Below are positions 9,005 through 17,510 of a stretch of 30,043 bases of DNA, piece by piece. Source of the stretch: a virus (taxonomy: Duplodnaviria; Caudoviricetes); IMG/VR virus record IMGVR_UViG_3300043414_000885, positions 1 through 30,043 of that record. One strand, given 5' to 3'. The translations under genes were made by a program, and so were the position numbers. Below the pieces are notes generated by a model that had not been told where the DNA came from, searched no databases, and saw nothing but the letters and a program-made list of their open reading frames with translations. The first letter of the stretch is position 1. Each line of letters begins with the position of its first letter.

Positions 9005-10081
9005 ATGGACCGCACGCAGCCACTGAGAGGCCGGACCGCGGTGCACGCGACGCTGTTGCGTCACGCCTACCCGCGCGCCAGCTCTTCGCTCTCCCATTAT
9101 CTGGGGCTGGCGAAGCAGACAGTCAAGGGCACCGGGGTCGTCCCGACGTTGTTCGTGCCCTATCAGGGGTCGATCGATCTGTCGGCCGGCCAGGATGGCG
9201 ACGATGTCCGCCAGGCCGGGACGGGCACCTATGTGAACCGGACCATGAAAACGAAGCACGATCCGTCGGGCGCGTTCGGGATGGCGGCCCGCCCGAAGAC
9301 GCTGGCACAGCTCGTCGCATGGTTCCTCGGCGCCGATGCGTCGGTGGCGTCCGGGTCGTTGTGGGATCACACGGCCACCCCAGCTGAGGCGAACACGTGG
9401 CTGACGGTCGAGCAGGCCGCCGGTGTGTCCGGCGACATCATCGAGCGGTACACCGACGCGTTGCTGACCTCGTTGTCGTTGTCAACCGACGGCAACGGCG
9501 ACCTGATGACCCAGTTCGGCTGGATGGCACTCACCCCGGGATGGCAGAGCACAGCAGCAACCCCGACCTACGAGACCGGGGTGTCGGGAACATCGCCTGG
9601 CGGTCCGTATCGGGCCACCGAGGCGACCTACACGGTCGACGGGTCGGCCGCGACGAACGTGCAGTCATGGTCGGTCGATCTCGAATGGAAGCTCGATGAC
9701 GACATCCGGCTCTCCAAGGTCACCCGCGCTGACGCGTTGAAGCTGGAACTGACCGGGAAGGTCAAGATCAAGCAATTGCTCGACGCTGCTGCCGCGACCG
9801 AGTACCGGAAAATCATCTACGGCTCGACATCAGGCACCGCAGCCGCGAAGAACTTCTTCCAGGGCGGATCCTGGGCGGTCGTGTTCGATAACGGGCTGGC
9901 GACCACGAACCAGCGGACGTTGTCGATCTCGTGCCCGGTGATCGACTGGAAAGACGCGCCGTACACGGCGTTGAACCCGGACGGCGAGACGATGTACATC
10001 GAACGTGAAGGCGTGATCCGCAAGGACTCGGGGGCGTTCGTCACCATCGTGTCGAAGACCTCCGACGCTGTGGCCTACTGA
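9005..10081 (+). CDS. Major tail tube protein with N-terminal RH-terminated leader
   Basis: CAGGAGG SD; YLGLAKQTVKGT near the N terminus is typical of phage tail tube proteins; directly precedes the chaperone and tape measure genes. Confidence 0.85.
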   Translation: MDRTQPLRGRTAVHATLLRHAYPRASSSLSHYLGLAKQTVKGTGVVPTLFVPYQGSIDLSAGQDGDDVRQAGTGTYVNRTMKTKHDPSGAFGMAARPKTLAQLVAWFLGADASVASGSLWDHTATPAEANTWLTVEQAAGVSGDIIERYTDALLTSLSLSTDGNGDLMTQFGWMALTPGWQSTAATPTYETGVSGTSPGGPYRATEATYTVDGSAATNVQSWSVDLEWKLDDDIRLSKVTRADALKLELTGKVKIKQLLDAAAATEYRKIIYGSTSGTAAAKNFFQGGSWAVVFDNGLATTNQRTLSISCPVIDWKDAPYTALNPDGETMYIEREGVIRKDSGAFVTIVSKTSDAVAY

Positions 10082-10446
10082 TGTTGGATCGGGCCAAACT
10101 TGACCGGCTGATCGCGTCTGCGGTCCACCCGGAAATTGTGCGTGTCGATCTTCCAGTGATCGGTGAGACCGTGTCGCTGCGACGCCCGAACCGGGCTGAA
10201 CTCACCCGGATCATTGCTGCTGCCGGCACCGACCTCGACTTCAACGCTCAAGTCATGGTTGGAGTGTTGCGGTTCGCGATGGTCGATGATGCGGGGGTCC
10301 CGTTGCTGCGGTCCTTCGATGAGGCGGCGCAGGTCATGAACAGCTTCGCTGATGGCGACATCGCTGTGTTGCTCGAGCATCTCCAGCAGCTGTTCACCGC
10401 GGCCGCTGATGGTGGCGGGGATGTCGATCTGGGAAAAGCGCTCTAA
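10081..10446 (+). CDS. Tail assembly chaperone (lambda gpG equivalent)
   Basis: Between tail tube and TMP; ends ...DLGKAL across a slippery heptamer. Confidence 0.85.
   Translation: MLDRAKLDRLIASAVHPEIVRVDLPVIGETVSLRRPNRAELTRIIAAAGTDLDFNAQVMVGVLRFAMVDDAGVPLLRSFDEAAQVMNSFADGDIAVLLEHLQQLFTAAADGGGDVDLGKAL
10431..10437 (+). other. Programmed -1 ribosomal frameshift site G GGA AAA
   Basis: X XXY YYZ heptamer in the correct phase (CTG GGA AAA) of the chaperone ORF. Confidence 0.85.
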
Positions 10447-10697
10447 GAGCGAACCCGGATCTCCTCGCGCTGTATCACGTCTGCTACGAGCTGGGCCGGT
10501 TCCCGGCCGAGCTGCCATCCGGCCTCCCAGACGAGCAGCTGATCCTGATGCTGGCATACCTGTCAGTGCGTCAGGAAGAGAACGACAACGATCGCAGAGG
10601 GCAGGTGTCGAGCCGGGCACGGTCCGCTGAGGCGGAGCTGCAGTCCGCCGAGGCCGCTGCATGGGGTTCGACCCGAAAGGAGGTGCAGCGTGGCTGA
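10431..10697 (+). CDS. Tail assembly chaperone -1 frame extension (gpGT equivalent; fused to 10081..10437)
   Basis: Hand translation of the -1 frame gives GKSALRANPDLLALYHVCYELGRFPAELPSGLPDEQLILMLAYLSVRQEE...QRG*, open to TGA 10695-10697 and overlapping the TMP start. Absent from the ORF track. Confidence 0.82.
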   Translation, partial: GKSALRANPDLLALYHVCYELGRFPAELPSGLPDEQLILMLAYLSVRQEENDNDRRGQVSSRARSAEAELQSAEAAAWGSTRKEVQRG

Positions 10698-12672
10698 CGA
10701 GTTCGTCGAAAAAGTGCGCTACGTCGCTGACATCTCCGACATTCAGGACAAGATCGGGCGACTCAAGAACGATCAGGCCGGGCTGTCATCGGCGACCGGG
10801 AGCACCGCCTCCCGGATGGGGTCGGCGTTCGGGCGGATGGCATCGGGGATCGGGATGGCAGCCGTCGTCACCGGGTCCGCTGTCGCTTCGGTCGGCGCTG
10901 CAGCGGTGGTGTTGGGCCCGAAGATCCTGGAGCAGGGCGCCGCTCTGGAAGCGATGGGCAAGAAGTCAGCGACGGTGTTCGAAGGGTCGCTCGGTTCGGT
11001 GCAGGCCTGGGCGACCGTAAACGCGAAGTCGTTGGGAATGACCCAGAAAGAGCTGGTCGGCACCGCGGCCGGTGTCGCCGATCTCTTGAAGCCGATGGGG
11101 TTCTCAGCCACTCAAGCGGCCGGGATGTCGGAAAACATGCTCGATCTGTCGGGTGCGTTGTCGGCATGGACCGGCGGGACGCGCAGCGCCGCAGATGTCG
11201 CCGGCATCATCACCAAAGCAATGCTCGGGGAGCGTGACGGCCTGAAAGAGCTGGGCGTGTCGATCTCGGAGGCCGACGTGCAGGCCCAGCTGGCAGCGAA
11301 CGGTCAGGACAAGCTGACCGGCGCAGCGCTCGAGCAGGCCAAGGCGCTCGCCACCCAGCAGCTGATCATGGGCAAATCAGGTGACGCCCAGAAGGCCTGG
11401 GCGAACGGGTCGATGGATGCCATCAAGCAGCAGAACGGCACCCGGGCTGCGATCTCCACCCTGAAAGAGACCCTGGTCACTGAGCTGTATCCGGCGCTGC
11501 AGGGGCTGCTGCCGTACATCACGACCGCCGCCGAATGGCTCGGGAAGAATCTCCCGGCAGCGATGGCAGTCGTGCGGGACTGGGTGCGCGAGCACTGGCC
11601 GGCGATCAAAGCGGTCATCATGACCGCTGTCGACAAGATCCGTGAAGGGATCTCCGGGTTCGTCACGTTCGTCCAGGATGCCTGGGCCAAGTGGGGCGAC
11701 AAGATCATGGCCGTCGTCAACTTCGCGTGGCCCGCGATCCGTGACCTGATCGGAGCGACGATCGAGGTCATCCGAGGGATCATCAAGACCGTCACAGACC
11801 TGATCACGGGCGACTGGTCCGGGGTATGGAACGGCATCAAAGACATCGTGTCCGGCATCTGGGACGGCATCAAGGTCTATATCGAGACAGCGATCAAAGC
11901 GATCGGGCTGGTCATCTCCGGAGCTGCTTCGGTCATCACTGGTGCTGCGAGCGCGATCTGGGATGGCATCACGGCCGGGGTGTCAGCCGCGTGGAATGGC
12001 ATCAAGACCGCGGTCAGCACAGCGATCGACGCGGTCGTCGGGTTCGTGACCGGGATCCCCGGCAAGATCGGGTCGGCTGCCAGCACAATCTGGTCAGGGA
12101 TCACAGGTGCAGCGTCCACCGCATGGTCTGGCATCAAGACCACCGTCAGTACCGCCATCACCGACATCGTCGGGTTCGTGACCGGCATCCCCGGCAAGAT
12201 CGGCGAGCTAGTCACCAATTTCGCGACGATGGGCAAGAACCTCGGGTCAGCGATCATCAACGGGGTCGGCGACGGAGTCGAGACCCTGCTGACCCAAGCA
12301 ACCGACATCGCGAAGAAGTTCGTGAACTCGATCATCGGGTTCATCAACACGAACCTGATCGACAAGATGAACCGCCTGTTCGAGTTCACGATCCCGGTCC
12401 CGTTCTCCGACGGCATCAAGATCAACCCGCCGGACATCCCGAACATCCCCAAGTTCCATTCGGGTGGTGTGGTCCCCGGCGGGTCCGGCCGCGAAACCCT
12501 GGCGCTGCTCCGCTCTGGCGAGGTGGTGTTCACCCGCGACCAGATGCAGGTTCTCGGTGATGTGATCAGCGGATCACGGTCGACTGGTGGGACCGTGATC
12601 AACGGCATGACCGTCAGCACCCCCGACGCCAAGTCGTTCCTCGACGAAGGCATGTGGAGGCTCGCAGGATGA
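10690..12672 (+). CDS. Tape measure protein
   Basis: 660 aa, Ala/Gly-rich helical; periodic Trp repeats (W.GI...S..W); AMLGERDGLKELGV; ends IPKFHSGGVVPG..ET.ALL..GE.V. Confidence 0.95.
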   Translation: MADEFVEKVRYVADISDIQDKIGRLKNDQAGLSSATGSTASRMGSAFGRMASGIGMAAVVTGSAVASVGAAAVVLGPKILEQGAALEAMGKKSATVFEGSLGSVQAWATVNAKSLGMTQKELVGTAAGVADLLKPMGFSATQAAGMSENMLDLSGALSAWTGGTRSAADVAGIITKAMLGERDGLKELGVSISEADVQAQLAANGQDKLTGAALEQAKALATQQLIMGKSGDAQKAWANGSMDAIKQQNGTRAAISTLKETLVTELYPALQGLLPYITTAAEWLGKNLPAAMAVVRDWVREHWPAIKAVIMTAVDKIREGISGFVTFVQDAWAKWGDKIMAVVNFAWPAIRDLIGATIEVIRGIIKTVTDLITGDWSGVWNGIKDIVSGIWDGIKVYIETAIKAIGLVISGAASVITGAASAIWDGITAGVSAAWNGIKTAVSTAIDAVVGFVTGIPGKIGSAASTIWSGITGAASTAWSGIKTTVSTAITDIVGFVTGIPGKIGELVTNFATMGKNLGSAIINGVGDGVETLLTQATDIAKKFVNSIIGFINTNLIDKMNRLFEFTIPVPFSDGIKINPPDIPNIPKFHSGGVVPGGSGRETLALLRSGEVVFTRDQMQVLGDVISGSRSTGGTVINGMTVSTPDAKSFLDEGMWRLAG

Positions 12673-13517
12673 GCGCAGGCGACCTGATCACAAGCGCCTG
12701 GCAGATCGAGATGCAGGGTCTGCTGCTCGGCGCCGGCACCAGCTATGTCGTGCGCGGGTTCAACCCGTGGGCCGCCCCGGTCGTCAGACCTGGCGACCAG
12801 GCCCGCTCCGGCCAGCATGGCGTCAGCGCCGGAGAGGACTGGCTTGGCGAACGCCCGATCACGATCGATGTGCTCGTGAGACCATCGACCGACGCTGCGG
12901 AGCAGGCAGCACGCCGGCTGCTCGCCGGGGCATTCCGACCGTTGACCTCGACCGCTGTCGTTCCGCTCGTCTGGATGGAAGACGACGGCGTCCGCTATCA
13001 GCTGTTCGGAAAGCCTCGGGCAGCGTCATCGCAGCTCGCCCCGACGTTGCCGACCGAAGCCCGGTTCTTGGCGACCGACCCTCGCATCTATGCCGCGGCA
13101 GCGAAGAGCCTGTCGGCTGCGTTACCGACGTTGTCGGGTGGCCTGACGTTCCCGGCTGCTGCACCGTTCGTGTTCGGCGCCGCCGGCGCCGGGGGAGCGA
13201 TCGCCGCGACGAATGACGGCACGATCGATACCCCATGGGTGATCACGTTCACCGGGCCGCTAGTCGCCCCGACCGTGGAGCACACAGCGCAGTCCCGCAC
13301 GTTGTCGTTGTCGGGGGCGACGCTGGCAGCGGGTGAGACAGTGGTGATCGATAGTGCGGCGCGCACGGTGCTGCTGAACGGCACAACGAGCCGCTATTCG
13401 TGGCTGTCGTCGTCGTCGCAGTGGTGGACGCTTGAGCCGGGAGCGAACGCTCTGCGGTTCGGTGCGGCGAGCGGTTCCGGAACGTGCCAGGTCGCATACC
13501 GCGACGCATGGCTATGA
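12669..13517 (+). CDS. Distal tail protein (Dit)
   Basis: Follows TMP with ATGA overlap; F.ATDPR.Y, N.G...TPW.ITFTGP..P and L.PG.N.L.F...YRDAW are typical Dit motifs. Confidence 0.88.
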   Translation: MSAGDLITSAWQIEMQGLLLGAGTSYVVRGFNPWAAPVVRPGDQARSGQHGVSAGEDWLGERPITIDVLVRPSTDAAEQAARRLLAGAFRPLTSTAVVPLVWMEDDGVRYQLFGKPRAASSQLAPTLPTEARFLATDPRIYAAAAKSLSAALPTLSGGLTFPAAAPFVFGAAGAGGAIAATNDGTIDTPWVITFTGPLVAPTVEHTAQSRTLSLSGATLAAGETVVIDSAARTVLLNGTTSRYSWLSSSSQWWTLEPGANALRFGAASGSGTCQVAYRDAWL

Positions 13518-13527
13518 GGGGAGAATC

Positions 13528-14631
13528 ATGACGGTCGAGACATTGCCATGGTCGGTGCAAGGGCAATCCCACCCGGCGACAGTCGCCCGGAACGCGCAGG
13601 CGGGCCTGCTGGGCGCACCCGTCGCTGCTGTGTCCCCGGCGGTGCAGATCCTGACCGCCGGTGGCGGCCATGGTGTGACCGGCTCGGGCGATCTCGCTGT
13701 CGCCCAGAACGGGACCCCGAACATGTCGGTGAACGTGGCCGCCGGCCGGGCGTTCATCCGTGGGACCGAAACCGCGTCGCTCGGGCAGGGGGTCTACAGC
13801 TTCTTCAACGACGCGACCGTGAACCTGACGATCGGCGCAGCGGACCCGACGAACCCTCGTCGCGATCTGATCGTCGCCCAGGTCCGCGATCTCAACTATT
13901 CAGGTGCTGTCTCAGACGCCCGTCTCGCTGTGATCGCCGGGACCGCCGCAGCATCACCGAGTGATCCGACCCCACCGGCAAACGCGCTGGTGTTGGCTCG
14001 CGTCACGGTCGCTGCCGGGGTCACCTCAGTGACGACCGCCGCGATCACCGATCTCCGGACCCGGGCAGCAAGCCTCGGCGGGGTGCAGGTCTGCACCTCC
14101 ACGACCCGGCCATCAGGTGCCAGCCTCGATGACGGCGATCTGATCTACGAGACCGACACCAAAGAGATGCTGCAATGGTACGCGACACCTGCCGTGTTCC
14201 GCCGGCCGTGGAACATGCCTTGGGGTCGTGTTGCGACGGGGTCGTCCGTGACGCCGGCAGCGTCCGGGGTATCGAACACACTTGTCGATATCGGTTTGTC
14301 CGCGACATTCACCGCAGTAGCGAACCGCCGCTACAAGGTGAACGTCCTCATCGCCCGAGCCACGGCCCCGGCATCGAACTGCACGTTCACCACGACCCTG
14401 GTGAACGCAGCCGGGACATTGCTCCAATACCTAGCCTTCAACTCTGTCCCAGCGTCCAACTCATTCCCCATCAGTTCGGCGGGCGAGTTCACCGGTATCG
14501 CTGCTGGCAGTTACACGTTCAAGGTGCAAGGCACCACCGACATTGCGTCGGCAGGCACGTACCAGACCTCCGGCTTCGGTTCCTCAATCCTGGTGGAGGA
14601 CATCGGTCCGGCGTCGAGCACGCCTGCCTGA
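13528..14631 (+). CDS. Minor tail / baseplate upper or receptor-binding protein
   Basis: ATG 13528 after GGGGAG; MSVNVAAGRAFI, AADPTNPRRDLIVAQV and P.NALVLARV.V....I.D.R are common in actinophage minor tail proteins; divergent beta-rich C terminus. Confidence 0.8.
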   Translation: MTVETLPWSVQGQSHPATVARNAQAGLLGAPVAAVSPAVQILTAGGGHGVTGSGDLAVAQNGTPNMSVNVAAGRAFIRGTETASLGQGVYSFFNDATVNLTIGAADPTNPRRDLIVAQVRDLNYSGAVSDARLAVIAGTAAASPSDPTPPANALVLARVTVAAGVTSVTTAAITDLRTRAASLGGVQVCTSTTRPSGASLDDGDLIYETDTKEMLQWYATPAVFRRPWNMPWGRVATGSSVTPAASGVSNTLVDIGLSATFTAVANRRYKVNVLIARATAPASNCTFTTTLVNAAGTLLQYLAFNSVPASNSFPISSAGEFTGIAAGSYTFKVQGTTDIASAGTYQTSGFGSSILVEDIGPASSTPA

Positions 14632-15740
14632 TGGCGGTCTGGCGGTATCTGGCGCGTGATTTGCGCACGAACCTTGCGCTGGCAGAGTTGCCGCTCACTG
14701 ATGTGTCATTCGGTGAGGTCCTGAACGGTGCCGGCCAGTTCTCGGCCACGTTGCCATTGGTGTCCCGCGCAGCGTCGTCGGGGTCGACCACCACGCCTCA
14801 GGCTGCACTGCTCGCCGCAGCAACCCAGCCGGAACGCACCGCAGTGTTCGTCGAGCGTGACGGGGTGATTGTGTGGGGTGGGATCATCTGGTCACGGACC
14901 CGGGGTAACGGGCGATCAGCCCGGCTCGCCGGGGCGTCATTCTGGTCGTTTTTCCGGGCGCAACACTTGCGCACGACCCGCACCTACTCCGGTGTCGATC
15001 AGTTGCAGATCGCCCGCGATCTGATAGCGGCTACCGCGGCCGTGACCGGCGCTGACATCGGGGTGACCGTCGGGACCGAAACATCGGGCGTGCTCAGGGA
15101 TCGCACCTACGCCGCGTACGAAATGAAACAGATCGGCGAAGCGGTCGAGCAGCTCGCCGCGTGCGAAAACGGGTTCGATTTCGGGATCGATGTCGGGCCC
15201 GGCTGCACGAAGACACTGACCCTGGGCTACCCGCGCCGCGGTCGCATCGCCGGATCGACCGGCCTCGCGTTCGTGCACGGCAAGAACCTGCTCGATTACG
15301 AAGCGGTCGAGGACGGGACACGGTCAGCCCGGGTGTTCTCGGCACTCGGGTCGGGCGACGGCACCGACATGCGTATCTCGACACAGACCCGCACGGATCT
15401 CGTCGACGCCGGGTGGCCGCTCACCTCGGCCGTCGGCAGCTGGAAAGATGTGTCGGTCCAAGCCACGCTCGATGGGCACGCCCGGGCCGGAGTGAACGCC
15501 CGTGCGATCACCCCAACGTTCTGGAAAGCGGTGGTCGACGCCAACGACCCCGAAAGCGGGCTGGGCCAGTTCATCGCCGGAGATGACGTGATCATCGAGA
15601 TCGGTGACGACGCCAACTTCCCACGCCAGACCGACGGTCTGCCGGGGTTCCGTGGGGCGTTCCGTGTTGTTGGATGGCAGGTCCAGGTCCCGACCGACGG
15701 CCGCGAAACGGTCAGCGTCGATCTCGGAGCGGTCCTGTGA
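14631..15740 (+). CDS. Minor tail hub protein (ReqiPepy6 gp37-like / Tal position)
   Basis: True start is ATG 14631 (MAVWRYLARDLRT...AELPL..V.F...LN.AG); VERDG.IVWGGIIW, GFDF and G.G.G motifs. Confidence 0.82.
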   Translation: MAVWRYLARDLRTNLALAELPLTDVSFGEVLNGAGQFSATLPLVSRAASSGSTTTPQAALLAAATQPERTAVFVERDGVIVWGGIIWSRTRGNGRSARLAGASFWSFFRAQHLRTTRTYSGVDQLQIARDLIAATAAVTGADIGVTVGTETSGVLRDRTYAAYEMKQIGEAVEQLAACENGFDFGIDVGPGCTKTLTLGYPRRGRIAGSTGLAFVHGKNLLDYEAVEDGTRSARVFSALGSGDGTDMRISTQTRTDLVDAGWPLTSAVGSWKDVSVQATLDGHARAGVNARAITPTFWKAVVDANDPESGLGQFIAGDDVIIEIGDDANFPRQTDGLPGFRGAFRVVGWQVQVPTDGRETVSVDLGAVL

Positions 15741-16285
15741 GCGAGCAGCTCCGCCCAGACGACCGTTGGCAAGCAGAGATCGAGCGCCGCCTCCGGGTCC
15801 TTGAGACCGCACCCCGTGTCGGGCTGTCCGGGCTCCGGTCGGCATGGCAGACCGCTGCAGCATCACCGTCGTCATTCGGGGCGTTCGAAGCGGGGCCCGT
15901 CGCGGCGACATGGACAGATGACCAGGGAAACACGGGGACCGGATACCCGACACTCACGGTCACCACCGGCACCCGGTATCTGCTGCTGTGGTCTGCCCGA
16001 CCGTCCGGGCTTGCCACCGCAGCCGCGTACCGGTCAGCGTCGGTCGAGATCTCAGTCCAGATCGACGGGGTGAGCGTGCCCGCACTCCCGAACGCCCTCC
16101 GCACCGTGCAGCAGCTCGCTGCGACCGAGTTCAACGCCCCAGCCTCAGCGATCGTGGCCCGGACCGCTGTCCCGGGCGCACACACATTCGGGCTGGTCGC
16201 ACGATGGGCGAACAGCCAGCCGGCCGGGCTGACACTCCCAACGCTCACCGAGGTGCACCTCGCGGTGCTCCCGATCTCCACCTGA
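15737..16285 (+). CDS. Minor tail protein
   Basis: GTG 15737 overlaps the preceding stop; IERRLRVLETAPR N-terminal coil as in actinophage minor tail genes. Confidence 0.7.
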   Translation: MSEQLRPDDRWQAEIERRLRVLETAPRVGLSGLRSAWQTAAASPSSFGAFEAGPVAATWTDDQGNTGTGYPTLTVTTGTRYLLLWSARPSGLATAAAYRSASVEISVQIDGVSVPALPNALRTVQQLAATEFNAPASAIVARTAVPGAHTFGLVARWANSQPAGLTLPTLTEVHLAVLPIST

Positions 16286-16309
16286 CCAGACCTGACCCCG
16301 GAAGGCCAC

Positions 16310-17038
16310 ATGATCAACACCGCCAAGTTCACCGACTGGCCGCGACTGCCAGCAGCGACGATGCAACGGTTCCGGATGTCATCACCGAACCTTGTCAAGA
16401 TCCAGGAGCACTGCACCACCAGCTGGCAGGGCACCACAGGTCTCGGGATCTGGGGTGTGCGCCGGATGCGAGGATCGGCGACCGTCTGGTCCGTGCACTC
16501 GTGGGGCGCCGCACTCGATTTGTCATGGCGTGGGCTGCCACGCTCAGTCGCTGTCGAGATCTGCGACTGGCTGGTCGAGCACTCAGCCGATCTTGGGATT
16601 CAGGCCGTGCACGACTATGGCGGCTGCCGGATCTGGCGCTCCGTGCGTGTCGGCGCACGCGCCGGATGGCAACAGCAAGCGATTGACGCCGAGGGAATGG
16701 GTCAGCCGTGGGGGGACTGGCTCCACATCGAGGTCACCGAGGACGCCTGGGCTGATAGCCGCCCGGTCCCGCTCCGCATCGGATCAGTCCGCCCGGTCCT
16801 CCGGCGGGGCGCGACCGGCCCGGCAGTGCTCGCGCTGCAGCAGATCATGGCCGAGAAAGCCGGGCAGCCGATCGGGCGGCCCGACGGCCAGTTCGGGCCC
16901 CGCACCCTGTCGGCCTGGCGGAACGTTGCGGCGTTCGCGAAGCTCCCGGCCGACGATGCCGTCCAGGCCGGGGACTGGGATGTGCTTGCCTGGATCGATG
17001 GTGGTTGGGGTCGGCTGAACGCTGCCGGGGTGTCCTGA
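16310..17038 (+). CDS. Endolysin: M15-like Zn peptidase plus C-terminal peptidoglycan-binding domain
   Basis: R.MRG...SVHSWGAALD...WLHIE Zn-peptidase motif; LRRGATGPAVLALQ...DGQFGPRT is the PG_binding_1 signature. Confidence 0.85.
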   Translation: MINTAKFTDWPRLPAATMQRFRMSSPNLVKIQEHCTTSWQGTTGLGIWGVRRMRGSATVWSVHSWGAALDLSWRGLPRSVAVEICDWLVEHSADLGIQAVHDYGGCRIWRSVRVGARAGWQQQAIDAEGMGQPWGDWLHIEVTEDAWADSRPVPLRIGSVRPVLRRGATGPAVLALQQIMAEKAGQPIGRPDGQFGPRTLSAWRNVAAFAKLPADDAVQAGDWDVLAWIDGGWGRLNAAGVS

Positions 17039-17039
17039 C

Positions 17040-17333
17040 ATGCTCGGGCTATCTGATGGTGCATGGGGGTTCTTCGGCGTTCTCGTCGTGCAGCTCGCCG
17101 GCATCCTGCTGCTGATCATCCGGCTCGGTCGCACCCAACGCGACGTAGCCCAGGTCAACCGGGCCGTGAACCATGTCGCCGCCGGCGAACCAACACTGGT
17201 CCAACGCGTCGCACTGCTCGAGCAGCAGCAGTCGCGTCACCGCGAATGGACTCATCGAGCGATGTGTGTCATCGCCCACCAGCTCGGCGTCGCCCTCGAC
17301 CCGATCGACCCAGACCCGAAAGGCACCCCATGA
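17040..17333 (+). CDS. Lysis-cassette membrane protein (one TM plus coiled coil)
   Basis: N-terminal hydrophobic helix AWGFFGVLVVQLAGILLLII; located between lysin and holin. Confidence 0.7.
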   Translation: MLGLSDGAWGFFGVLVVQLAGILLLIIRLGRTQRDVAQVNRAVNHVAAGEPTLVQRVALLEQQQSRHREWTHRAMCVIAHQLGVALDPIDPDPKGTP

Positions 17334-17509
17334 ACCACGCCAAGTTCTTCGCAGCGATCTCAGCGGCCCTCGGAGTGGCCGTCAGCGTCACCGCTGACGG
17401 CGCCGCAACGCTGAACGACTGGATCGCTATCGCCGCCGCAGCTGTCGGGGCGCTCGCCGTCTACCAGGTCCCCAACAAGCCGGCCACGGCCGCCACCGAA
17501 GGAGAGTGA
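17330..17509 (+). CDS. Holin
   Basis: ATG 17330; 59 aa, two hydrophobic segments, DG..T..DW and VYQVPN motif typical of actinophage holins. Confidence 0.8.
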   Translation: MNHAKFFAAISAALGVAVSVTADGAATLNDWIAIAAAAVGALAVYQVPNKPATAATEGE

Positions 17510-17510
17510 C

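Noticed and set aside
10352-10630. ORF-track 92-aa ORF as the chaperone frameshift partner
   Set aside because: It is in the +1 frame and has low-complexity Arg/Pro sequence; the -1 frame gives the chaperone-like product.
14175-14630. N-terminal 152 aa of the 521-aa ORF in the track
   Set aside because: It overlaps the preceding tail gene out of frame; the recognisable protein begins at ATG 14631.
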